From the NCBI RefSeq assembly GCF_022045235.1, contig NW_027266343.1, positions 51,274,001-51,338,000 on the forward strand: DNA of 64,000 nt, given 5' to 3'. A program made the translations under genes and the position numbers. The notes under the pieces are model-generated. The model saw only the letters and a program-made list of their open reading frames with translations, was not told where the DNA came from and searched no databases. Positions 26,601 to 37,111 of the stretch are shown here, in pieces; the stretch's first letter is position 1; every line of letters begins with the position of its first letter. Source of the stretch: Haliotis cracherodii. Lineage: Eukaryota.

Positions 26601-27048
26601 TTAAACTGAGGTGCGTTACTTACCTGGAAGTGGCCAGCCAAAGATAAATCAATCACGTATAATTCACAAATGGTATATATAAAGGATGGGGGAAACTGTT
26701 CCATCATCTCTTATCTTCACCTGCCGTTGAGACACAGATACGAGTCAAGACCAAACTGTAAGTACTATTTTAAGGTTTGCTTGTGATATATATGTATACT
26801 TTTAATGTTTGATTCATCTGCTGCGCATCTGGCTGTTTTCAATCTTTATGTTGAGCCAATTCATAAAAGTACAAATATGTAACATAAAACGTTCTTGTAA
26901 ATTGGGAAATATATGAATGCAGGTGAAAGTAAAACTGATAACATAATTCACAATGAGTGGTGTGAACTGAATGTACCAGATAAGTAACGATAACATGCTA
27001 TTTCCCTTTCTTGACAACGATTTTCACGTTACTCAACAGATACTCAAA

Positions 27049-27661
27049 ATGATGAAGATAGTCGCCGCTCTTGTTGCCTGCCTGGCTGTTACCGCCTTTG
27101 CCGAGCCTACCGGTCTGTATGGTGGAATTGGCGGGTTGAAAGGAGGACTGGGCGGAATTGGCTACGGAATGGGTGGATTGTACGGAGGCCTTGGAGGTCT
27201 GTACGGAGGCTATGGAGGTCTGTACGGAGGCATGGGAGGTCTATACGGAGGCGTGGGAGGTCTATACGGAGGCGTGGGAGGTCTATACGGAGGCGTGGGA
27301 GGTCTATACGGAGGCATGGGAGGTCTGTACGGAGGACTTGGAGGCTATGGTGGTCTCTACGGCGGAATTGGAGGATACGGAATGGGATTGGGAAAAGGTA
27401 TTTCACAAAATATGATATCATTTGTTTATCGTATCCCACTTTCAGTCTCGTTTGCAAAATTATATAATTTACCTATATGGTATTATTATTTTACGCGACA
27501 AAGCTGATGACTTTTACAAAACATCTTTAAAATTATTCTCTGCATTCTCTAATATTTGGTTTAGCTTATCATGCAGCTAGTTTCAAGACTTCGTTGTGAC
27601 TTATCCATATATCCCAACTTTATTCTACTATTTTTTTGTTTCAGGTATCGGCTATTATTGA
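27049..27661 (+). CDS. Gly/Tyr-rich secreted protein, copy 7 (121 aa; join 27049-27397, 27645-27661)
   Basis: Same structure. Confidence 0.92.
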
Positions 27662-28905
27662 GTTATTATCATCTACAGTGTGATGCTGGCTATTTATGTA
27701 TATTCTCAAACCAATGGAATTGGTTCAATAAAATCTTGTCATATTTATTTACGCCTTGAAATTTGTTTGAGAATCTGAAAACTGAATTGAATGTTCACAA
27801 TGGAAGAGTGATCTATGTTTCTCCATATTGTAAACTCTGGACATAGTACGTGTTGTAGACCAATATCCAAGCACTTAAATGATATTGCGTTTCACTTCAA
27901 GCTAAGATATCAACTACTGAAATGTGTATTAAGTTCCTGAGGAAACCGGACATGATGATAAGAGGAGGGATTTTATGCTTGATATATCTCCCACAAAATG
28001 TCACTTACCCGAGTTCATGTTTCACGGGAATGTATCATTTGGGCTGCCACGAAAGGGTTTGATGGCCATTTGAAGTACCATAATATCTGCAATTGGCTGT
28101 CTGTATTTCAATTTGCATTTTAAAAACACGCAGCGAAACAAATAAGCAGGGGTATCAATTTTGGTCAAAGCGTTCATTAACGGGATCAAGGGGTAGACAG
28201 TGTGCACTGTATTGAAATTCAAATGTGTGTGCTGTCCTTGAAAATGAGCGAAAGTTGTAGAAAGAATACAATCTATATGTTGTTATGGTGCTTTGTATAA
28301 ATAATATCTGAGCTGCTGCAATGAAACAGCGAAAGCCATGGTGATGTAGAGCATCAAAACAAATGTTGCAAGATTCTTACTGCTTTGGTTAGAAGGGAAT
28401 GCATACAGTTGGAATTTCCATGACAGTAAAATATCTTTACAGTTTATTAATAACACAAACAAAACGATTGAATTCAAAAGTAACTATTAAAAACGCTTGT
28501 CCGGGTGTAGCTTATCAAACTACAAATTATTTGTAATTTCCATCAAACATGTACTTCTTGATTTGATGATGCAATTTAACATTTTGCATACTGCTTATGT
28601 AATTAATAGGAGAAGTATCTATATAGATATATAGTTGTGTGTTTATTAACCACCTTCCCTGTAGGCGCTATTTGTAAAATACATATTGATTAAATCAGAC
28701 CGCGAAGTTTAAGATTCCGAACTGGATTGGTAGGATTGAAGATTACAATAAACAAACAAATAGCTAATATATCCCTTTTGTTTGATTACAACGCAAAAGT
28801 GACAATCATTTATCAATACAAAGGAGATTGCATTTGGTAACTGTAGAGAGTTATGTTTAGCTGAATAAATGGTCCAACTTTAAAGCTTGCCATAAGTCTT
28901 TATAA

Positions 28906-30253
28906 TGTGGCAGTTACAGGTTTTGTTTAACTGTCAACTAACCAGTAATATACCAGTAGTATATAGTGTATATAATACATAGTGTAGTTAGTATTAGTAT
29001 TAATATTAGCATTAGTTATTTGTGTCAGTATTAGTATATAGTGTAAATAATAGATACTGTAGTTAGTATTAGCATTAGTATTATTATTATTAATATTAGT
29101 ATTTAGTATTAGTACTTAATATTAGTATTTAGTATTAGTATTTAGTATTAGTATTTAGTATTAGTTTGCAGTATGGGTTTTAGGGATTTTAATGAAGATT
29201 TGATACAATTCCTTTTAACTTAGTTATGCTTGGGTCAGTCACTACCCTATCAGCTCTTTTGTGTCAGCCAGGGCAAATGTTCTGGTTGAGTGGTTGACCC
29301 TATTGTTTTCCTTAGGGTCAGCTTTGCATGCTTTTTAACCCTCACTTGCACCTCAGTCACTACACTGACAAGTCACTGACAGACAACAGCAAGTGGGCAC
29401 ATTTTTTACAGATTTTGTAAAGTCAAGGTATGTTTCCAATTTAATACTCAAGAATATATAAATCTATCTTTTCATAAATAAGATTATATAAATAGGTGTA
29501 CGTTAAATAAGGTATTTGTTATGATGTGTGTGAGTTAGTCAATGTCTGATTCTCCTGGACAGAGTGTTGTTTGACTATGTTTATGAGGCTATTTTCATAT
29601 ATGTGTTAAATGTATTGTAAGTGTGTGGACATTTATGATAGTTTTAGGATGTTTAGTAATTTATTGTGTTTTATGGTAGTGCTTTGTTCAGATCTGTAAA
29701 TATGTATAAACAATAGCACTGATTTGATAATAATGTCCACACGCGCAAGAGCATTGTGTAAGGAAGCTAGTTTTATTGTACATTTAGAATAACTTCCATA
29801 TTTATAGGTACTTTGATGTCACTGTAGCCCTGACCATGTAGTCGTGACAGACTAAAGTGTCACCTACACCTAGAGGCCATACTTCTGGTATGTTTACTAA
29901 TCACCACATGTAAATATATATTATTATTATGATGTCTATCTATTGATCACGTTTTACACCACCTAAGAAGTATTTTGATTTGATGTATGCATATACTATA
30001 TGTATGTATAATGTAATTCTAATGATCTAGCATGTTAGGACGTATACATATCCTCTATATATGTATAAGGTAATCCTGATGAAGCATCATGTTCTCATTT
30101 TAATTGTCATGATTTACAAGATTCTTATTGAGTGTTATTGTGCATTTCAGGGTGTGAAAGAAAGGTATACCACTCATCATCTAATAAAACGAATCACACC
30201 CGTAGCTGTGTTTTTGACATCATTTATCGACACACACACATAATTCTGCTACA
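28906..30253 (+). repeat. 5' LTR (1,348 bp)
   Basis: Starts TGTGGCAG and ends CTGCTACA (imperfect terminal inverted repeat). Direct repeat of 37112-38459 at a constant offset of 8206. Confidence 0.97.
28985..29165. repeat. AT-rich (TTAGTA/TTTAGTA)n simple repeat in the LTR U3 region (also at 37191-37371)
   Basis: Visible runs of ATTAGT/ATTTAGT. Confidence 0.85.
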
Positions 30254-30256
30254 AAA

Positions 30257-30274
30257 TGGAGCCCCCAGTGAGGA
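30257..30274 (+). other. Primer binding site (tRNA 3' end complement, possibly tRNA-Thr)
   Basis: TGGAGCCCCCAGTGAGGA, 3 nt after the 5' LTR. Its reverse complement TCCTCACTGGGGGCT-CCA resembles a tRNA T-stem/acceptor end. The tRNA identity is a guess. Confidence 0.8.
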
Positions 30275-31597
30275 CCTTGATGATTGAGTGTGGATCTGAC
30301 GTCTACATGTTGGAATGAACAGTGATGGTTTGCCCGGGATGCCATAGTGCTTGAATAGTTGATTAATTCAGCCTTTCACGTTATCTAAAATACGTATTGT
30401 CATATAGGCCTACGCGTTATCATGTTTATCGTGGCATGATTAGTGACTCTTGATGGTGACATTCGTGAAATATATGTTCGGACTATTCGTTGTAAGTACG
30501 TGGAAACGAGATGCTTGGCCACTTTCACAGATCGCGGGATCCCCTTGACGCGCCGTGTTGTCGTGATTTGCAAATATACCGGTGATCACTGATTGTGTTG
30601 TTTATTTAATTTGATCCATTTGAAATATATTTCCTGTTGTTTTCATGCTTTGGTATACCATGGTTTATTATAGTCATGCTGGCATATTCAATCTCAGTTT
30701 CAAGTTTAGTGTGAATGAATCTTGTGTTGTGAGGGAGAGTAAATAAATAATTAACTTTCATTCCAAAGAAACATGAACCTAACTTACCCTAAAGTTACGT
30801 AAACACTTATACCTTCACCTATATAGGCTAGTAGGTTTCCTTATTGTTTTTTTTCATTGACAACAGACAGAACACTGAACTGAACAGACAATATAGCACG
30901 TATTAATCACTCACCCTGCATACTAACATTTGCTATTTAGTAATTTAGTATTGTTTTGGGTCATGTATTTCTGATAGGATTAATGTTTTATGTTTAACCT
31001 TGTAGTAGTTAGCCATGAAGTAACTTAGTCACATTAAGTAATTAAAGTTACTTATTCCTATACAGTTACTTGGTACTACTAATACCTACCTTAGATTGTG
31101 TTTCCGTTTCAGTTATCATACAATAAGTACAATGTGTTGCTGTCACAGGTATAACTGTATTACACTTCCTTAACCACAAGAGGGTGGTGAGGTGAAGTAA
31201 TTGCTGTTATTAAGTGACAGTGTAATTGTGTGATAGTTCATTTAGAGGTGGTATTATCGGGTCAGAAAAGGTAACTTTTGAAACTGCTTTCACCTAAACT
31301 GTTCTATACTTACACTGTACAATGTACTTTGCTGTATAGTTGGACGACAACTATATTTACTTAAACCAATTTAAACCAAAATTAAACCATCTAATCCAAT
31401 TTAAACCCAAACCGTACACACATACACACCGTGTGTCAACAAAACGACAGTTGTAACTGTTTTTCACTGTACGTTTATAAAACGACAGTTGTATCCGTTC
31501 TACACTTAGAATGGTTTTCAGTTTGTTTTAGTTGTTTACTCTGATAGTCATTGTGAACAATTCATTCTGAGTCTTGGACGAATATTTATTTATAAGG

Positions 31598-32740
31598 ATG
31601 GAACTCACCGGTGATGAATTGAAGAATATTGTCCTGGCTTTCAAGAAGTTAGGTGTTAAACCCAAAGCAGACACCCCAGAGGACTTTGCAACATGGATGA
31701 ATGAATACTCTGCAGTCGAATCAGAGAAGGAATCCAAGGAGGGAATAGCCCAAGCTACAGCTCCACAGGCACCATCAGGCATGCCTACCTACATGTATCA
31801 GAAGTTCCCCAGACTTCCAAATTTCAGCGGTGACAAATCCGGCAAAGATACATCTTATGAAGTCTGGAGATACCATGTAGACTGTCTCATTAACAACAAG
31901 GTTTATTCCTCTGAAGCTAAGGACCAAGCTATAAGGGATTCTTTAAAGGGGGAGGCGGCCAAGATTGCCGTTCACATGCAACCAGACGCCAGCACCACTG
32001 ACTTACTTAGGAAGTTCAAAAGCGTGTTTGGTGTTGTGGAGAGGAGAGAGTGCAGTATGGCACTCTTCTACAGCGCTCGACAGGAAGAGAAAGAGGATGT
32101 ATCTGTATGGAGTTGTAGACTAGAGGAACTTCTTTCAAGGGCCATGAGGGATAACTCCATCACGTATGAGACACGGGATGAGATGCTCCATAATATGCTG
32201 TGGACTGGGCTTAAACCCTCTTTGAAAAATATATCTGGCCACAAGTTTGACAGCATCCATAACTTTGTGGACTTACTGGAAGCACTACGTGAAATCGAGG
32301 CAGATCAACATAGCGCCACATCAGCTAGCCAACAGAAACAGGCCTGTACCGCCAAGAGAGCCATGGAGTCTGAACCAGAATGGAAGAAGGAAATGTCTGA
32401 TATGAAGACTATCCTACACCAACTTACTACAGACATGGCCGACATGAAAAACCAAAGAGGACAGAGTTGGAAAACATCCCAGGACTATCAACAAGTGCCA
32501 AGGGGAGATAACCAGTGGAGGAGTCGACAGCCCTCCAACTATTCTAACCCAAGACCAGAAGGCCATTCTGAATATTCGCCTTATTCATCCCAACGAGCAG
32601 GAAGTGAAGCAGCTGATCCAGAGTGTTGGCGATGTGGACAGAGAGGCCATTACCAGTATGGATGCCGAGTGAGACTCGAACACAGTCGTCGTGGGAGGAC
32701 TTTAAACTCATGCAGGCCTATGGGCAGGGGCAAGCCATAG
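31598..32740 (+). CDS. gag: Gag (PNMA/Ma-like capsid domain plus CCHC zinc knuckle)
   Basis: First ATG at 31598. The stretch RLPNFSG...YEVWR...AIRDSLKGEA...FYSARQEEKEDV resembles a PNMA-type capsid. CWRCGQRGHYQYGC is a CX2CX4HX4C knuckle. Confidence 0.93.
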   Translation: MELTGDELKNIVLAFKKLGVKPKADTPEDFATWMNEYSAVESEKESKEGIAQATAPQAPSGMPTYMYQKFPRLPNFSGDKSGKDTSYEVWRYHVDCLINNKVYSSEAKDQAIRDSLKGEAAKIAVHMQPDASTTDLLRKFKSVFGVVERRECSMALFYSARQEEKEDVSVWSCRLEELLSRAMRDNSITYETRDEMLHNMLWTGLKPSLKNISGHKFDSIHNFVDLLEALREIEADQHSATSASQQKQACTAKRAMESEPEWKKEMSDMKTILHQLTTDMADMKNQRGQSWKTSQDYQQVPRGDNQWRSRQPSNYSNPRPEGHSEYSPYSSQRAGSEAADPECWRCGQRGHYQYGCRVRLEHSRRGRTLNSCRPMGRGKP

Positions 32741-32757
32741 GTCCTTCAAGACAGCCC
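32701..32757 (+). promoter_or_regulatory. -1 programmed ribosomal frameshift signal (gag-pol)
   Basis: Slippery heptamer T TTA AAC at 32701-32707 in the gag frame, a 7-nt spacer, then the stem GGCCTATGG (32715-32723)/CCATAGGTC (32735-32743). pol is in the -1 frame. Confidence 0.85.
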
Positions 32758-35700
32758 AGGAACAGAGTTCCTGAGGGATTAGTTGGGAATACGAATGAGG
32801 TTGATTTATATATGGGAGATACACAGGTCAGATCATTGTTGGATACAGGAGCATCAGTATCTTTGGTGTCTAGGTCCTTCTACAATTCTCATCTCTCAAG
32901 TATTCCTATTGAGCCCTTAGGAGATCTATTGGATATCGAATGTGCGGATGGCGAAACATTACCTTACGATGGTTTCATTGAGGTCAAGGTCAATGCAATA
33001 GGTTCTGGTACTAGTGAAGCTATTCCTTGTTTGTTACTGGTGGTACCAGATACACAGTACAATGGGAAAGTGCCTGTGCTATTAGGAACCAATGTGCTTA
33101 CCCACTTCTTGAAGGATTGCAAGGTACGACATGGTGCCAGATTCTTGCAGCATGCCAACCTAATAACGCCTTGGTACCTTGCTTTTAGAACCATTACTTT
33201 ATGTGAGAAGAACTTGGAGAAGAATGACTGGAGACTTGGACTAGTATACAACGCTGAAGGTTCCAGAGTTACCATATCAGCCAACAGCCATGCGGTGCTT
33301 AGAGGCCACGTTACCAAAGGAGTTAGATGTCCAAGAGTTTGTGCCCTTTTACAGCCAACAAACAGTTCATCCATTCCTACAGATTTGGACATAGCCCCTA
33401 CGATTATTGATTATGACAGCAGTTATCCTGGATACATAGACGTGCATATTGCTAATGTTACCACACGAACTGTTGTGATACAACCGAGAGCGATTCTTTG
33501 TGAACTCCAACCAGTTACTTTACAACATCCGTCCATTGGCAAGCCGTTTGAAGGAGTTGCATTGACAGAGCAAGTAGAGATTGAACACAGTACCCTAACA
33601 CCAGAGGAGTTTGAGAGAGGGATACAAGTCATCATGAAGTTTCGTGATATATTCTCAAAAGGTGAAGAGGACATAGGCCATTCAGATGCTGTCAAGCATA
33701 GGATAGATCTGGTTGATGATGTCCCCTTTAAACAGCGACACCGGCGTATACCACCTGCCATGTATGATGAAGTCCGGACACACCTTCAACAACTCTTATC
33801 TGCTGGAGTGATACGACATTCTCATAGCCCATGGGCATCGAATGTTGTATTGGCACGGAAGAAGTCAGGCCAGCTGAGGATGTGTGTCGACTTCAGACAG
33901 CTGAATCGTAAGACCATCAAGGATTCCTATGCTCTTCCCCGGATTGAAGAACTCTTGGATTGTCTCAGAGGGATGAAATATTACAGTGTCCTGGACATGA
34001 AGAGTGGTTACCACCAGGTTGAGTTGGAGGAGGACCATAAGCAGCGTACAGCATTCACAGTTGGACCTCTTGGATTCTTTGAATACCATCGTATGCCATT
34101 TGGTTTGTGCAATGCACCGGCGACTTACCAACGTCTAATGGAACAGTGTCTCGTTGGATTACATCTTGATATATGTTTAATCTACCTTGACGATCTGATT
34201 ATCTTTTCAAGAACATTTGAGGAACATCTGGAGCGACTGGAACGTGTCCTACAGAGATTGAGGGAATGTGGTTTGAAGCTGGCCCCAAAGAAATGCCAAT
34301 TCTTCAAAAGACGAGTGAAATATGTGGGATATATAGTATCTGAAGATGGCATTGAGGCAGATCCAGAAAAGATAAACAAGATTCAGGACTGGCCCACACC
34401 TTGCACACCAGAAGACGTCAGAAAATTCCTTGGATTTGCTGGTTACTATAGGAAGTTTGTGAGGAACTTTTCCACAATTGCCAAGCCTCTTTCAGAACTA
34501 ATGCCAAAGATTCATCGAAAGAAATCTCACATTCCTAAGAAGGAGCAAGTTCAGTGGCAGTGGGGACCGACTCAAGAGAGTGCCTTTCAAGAACTCAAGA
34601 CGTGTCTATCTACACCTCCGGTTCTTGGTTATGTGGATTATTCTCTCCCCTTTGAACTGCACACAGATGCCAGCAGTCATGGTCTTGGAGCAGTGCTATA
34701 CCAGCAACAGAATGGACAACCAAGAGTGATTGCTTATGCCAGCAGGGGACTTAGCAAGTCGGAGCGCCACTATTCAGCCCACAAGCTTGAGTTTTTGTGC
34801 TTGAAATGGTCCATTTGTGAGAAGTTCCATGATTATCTTTATGGACAGAAGTTCACTGTACTGACGGATAACAATCCACTCACATATATCCTAACTAGTG
34901 CCAAACTGGATGCCACCGGACACAGATGGTTAGCTGCCCTTGCATCGTACAACTTTGACATCAAATACAGAGCAGGAAAAGCCAATGTCGATGCTGACAT
35001 ACTATCTAGGCTGCCAGAGTCCAGTGAAGTAAACGAGAAAGTGGATGTGATTTCTCAAGACTCCGTACATGCTATTTGTGGCACGATTTTACCTACAAAT
35101 CTGTTGGAATGTGTTTGTTTTTCAGCAGATGCTCTGCCTGATGAAGAACTAAACATCACTGAAGAAACCTGTTCCATCAATGCTACAGACTGGCGGAGAG
35201 CCCAAACAAGAGATCCAGCTCTAGACATTATTATGGCCCATCTCAGGAATCGGACAAGACCACATTACACAGACTACACTGGAAACACAGAGATGATTAC
35301 TTTATTGAAGAGCTTTGACCACTTCAAGCTGAAGAGAGGTGTGCTCTACCGAGTAATCCATGACAATGGAGAGGTACAAGAACAGTTAGTGCTACCAACA
35401 AGATGCCGTAAAGGAGCGCTGCATAGTCTTCATGACAATGTTGGTCACCCTGGTCGAGATCGAACATCTTCATTGATAAAAGCAAGGTTCTACTGGCCAG
35501 GGATGACAAAGGATATAGAGGGACATGTACAGAATTGTGAACGGTGTACTAGACGCAAGACTACCCCAGGAAGAGCCCCATTAGTGAACATACAAACATC
35601 ACAACCTCTGGAATTAGTCTGTATGGACTTTTTGACACTGGAACCATCCAAGGGCGGACAACAACATATTCTTGTAGTCACCGATCACTTCACCAGATAT

Positions 35701-37080
35701 GCACAGGCGTATCCAACCAGAAATATGACTGCCAAGACCACTGCTGATGTATTCTTTCACAACTTTGTGGTACATTATGGATTACCTGTGCGTATTCATT
35801 CAGATCAAGGTGCCAACTTTGAAGGAGCTCTTATGAAAGAACTGTGTATGTTGACCAACATGCAGAAGTCTCGCACTACGCCCTATCATGCCATGGGTAA
35901 TGGCATGTGCGAACGGTTCAACAGGACACTTCTCAACATGCTTGGGACACTTGACCCTGAGAGCAAGAAGGATTGGAAGAGCCACGTTGGACCTTTGGTA
36001 CATGCGTACAACAGCACCAGGCATGAGGCTACAAATTATTCACCATTCTATCTGATGTTTGGGAGAGCTCCAAGATTACCAGTAGACTTGGCATTTGGTT
36101 TAGACATTGAGCCAGAGAAGTCGAGATCCATGTCTAAATACATCAGGAACCTCAAGGACAATCTACAACAGGCTTATGAACTGGCATCTGCCAATGCTAA
36201 GAGGTCTCAGACAAGGCACAAGTCAAATTACGACTACCGAGCGAGAGCAACCCAACTGGAAATTGCAGATAGGGTATTGGTGAAAAAGGTGGCATTTGAT
36301 GGGAAACATAAACTGTCAGACAAGTGGGAGGAGGATGTGTATATAGTAATTAAACAGCCAAATCCCAGCATTCCAGTTTATGTTGTACAGAAAGAGCGTG
36401 GAGATGGAAAAACCCGTACACTCCATAGGAATCTGCTTTTGCCCATCAGTTCCTTACCATTGGAAACACCGATTCCTAAGCCAAGACACTCAGACAGGAC
36501 ACTGCTTGGACCATCCCCCAAGGAAGACAGGAGCCCCTTGTCTGACGAAGATCAGGACCAGGAAGAAGAAACAGATGACATCACCATTGTTGTTTCTCTT
36601 GACCCATCAGACCCGTCAGTGTCAACTGATAATCCAGATGACAGGCCGACTGAGGGAGAAGCACAAGACAGTGCTGTTCTGGATGAGGTCGTGACAGGAG
36701 AAGAGGAAGTGGTAGATGCTGCTGAAGATGTCCACAGCTCTGACACCCAAGGAACGGAGCAGGATGCAGACTCTTCACAGAATGAACCACAGGCTCCTGA
36801 AGACGGTCCTGGTGACACACAGACCCAACCCAAGGTCGCAGTCCCACCTATACCAGCACCAAGGAGATCTACCAGAGAGAGAACAAGACCAGCATGGCAG
36901 ATCAGAGGAGATTATGTAATGTCTGCATTATCTCCATCATCATCATCACCATCACCATCATCAGACTGGCTTGGTCGTGCGGAGTACCTTAGCTCCCTAA
37001 TGGCTAAGGGTGTATTTGCAGGCAGATCAGAGAAGGCACTTGATGCGTTAGTCAACTTGGTAGCTGGTAAGCAAGAATGA
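32701..37080 (+). CDS. pol: Pol polyprotein (aspartic protease, RT, RNase H, integrase), probably expressed as a Gag-Pol fusion
   Basis: Uninterrupted ORF 32623-37080. Protease LLDTGAS; RT motifs LDMKSGYHQV, MPFGL, YLDD; RNase H motifs TDAS, DNNPL; integrase H-X4-H...CERC and catalytic core MDF...HSDQG...NGMCERFN. Confidence 0.97.
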   Translation, partial: FKLMQAYGQGQAIGPSRQPRNRVPEGLVGNTNEVDLYMGDTQVRSLLDTGASVSLVSRSFYNSHLSSIPIEPLGDLLDIECADGETLPYDGFIEVKVNAIGSGTSEAIPCLLLVVPDTQYNGKVPVLLGTNVLTHFLKDCKVRHGARFLQHANLITPWYLAFRTITLCEKNLEKNDWRLGLVYNAEGSRVTISANSHAVLRGHVTKGVRCPRVCALLQPTNSSSIPTDLDIAPTIIDYDSSYPGYIDVHIANVTTRTVVIQPRAILCELQPVTLQHPSIGKPFEGVALTEQVEIEHSTLTPEEFERGIQVIMKFRDIFSKGEEDIGHSDAVKHRIDLVDDVPFKQRHRRIPPAMYDEVRTHLQQLLSAGVIRHSHSPWASNVVLARKKSGQLRMCVDFRQLNRKTIKDSYALPRIEELLDCLRGMKYYSVLDMKSGYHQVELEEDHKQRTAFTVGPLGFFEYHRMPFGLCNAPATYQRLMEQCLVGLHLDICLIYLDDLIIFSRTFEEHLERLERVLQRLRECGLKLAPKKCQFFKRRVKYVGYIVSEDGIEADPEKINKIQDWPTPCTPEDVRKFLGFAGYYRKFVRNFSTIAKPLSELMPKIHRKKSHIPKKEQVQWQWGPTQESAFQELKTCLSTPPVLGYVDYSLPFELHTDASSHGLGAVLYQQQNGQPRVIAYASRGLSKSERHYSAHKLEFLCLKWSICEKFHDYLYGQKFTVLTDNNPLTYILTSAKLDATGHRWLAALASYNFDIKYRAGKANVDADILSRLPESSEVNEKVDVISQDSVHAICGTILPTNLLECVCFSADALPDEELNITEETCSINATDWRRAQTRDPALDIIMAHLRNRTRPHYTDYTGNTEMITLLKSFDHFKLKRGVLYRVIHDNGEVQEQLVLPTRCRKGALHSLHDNVGHPGRDRTSSLIKARFYWPGMTKDIEGHVQNCERCTRRKTTPGRAPLVNIQTSQPLELVCMDFLTLEPSKGGQQHILVVTDHFTRYAQAYPTRNMTAKTTADVFFHNFVVHYGLPVRIHSDQGANFEGALMKELCMLTNMQKSRTTPYHAMGNGMCERFNRTLLNMLGTLDPESKKDWKSHVGPLVHAYNSTRHEATNYSPFYLMFGRAPRLPVDLAFGLDIEPEKSRSMSKYIRNLKDNLQQAYELASANAKRSQTRHKSNYDYRARATQLEIADRVLVKKVAFDGKHKLSDKWEEDVYIVIKQPNPSIPVYVVQKERGDGKTRTLHRNLLLPISSLPLETPIPKPRHSDRTLLGPSPKEDRSPLSDEDQDQEEETDDITIVVSLDPSDPSVSTDNPDDRPTEGEAQDSAVLDEVVTGEEEVVDAAEDVHSSDTQGTEQDADSSQNEPQAPEDGPGDTQTQPKVAVPPIPAPRRSTRERTRPAWQIRGDYVMSALSPSSSSPSPSSDWLGRAEYLSSLMAKGVFAGRSEKALDALVNLVAGKQE

Positions 37081-37093
37081 CGAGGACGTCATT

Positions 37094-37109
37094 AAACAGG
37101 GAGGGGAAG
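37094..37109 (+). other. Polypurine tract
   Basis: AAACAGGGAGGGGAAG immediately before the 3' LTR. Confidence 0.85.
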
Positions 37110-37111
37110 TG

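Noticed and set aside
30061-30243. 60-aa ORF in both LTRs, considered as an env-like or accessory gene
   Set aside because: Short, AT-rich and without motifs; it spans the putative acceptor and poly(A) signal. There is no room for env between pol and the 3' LTR.
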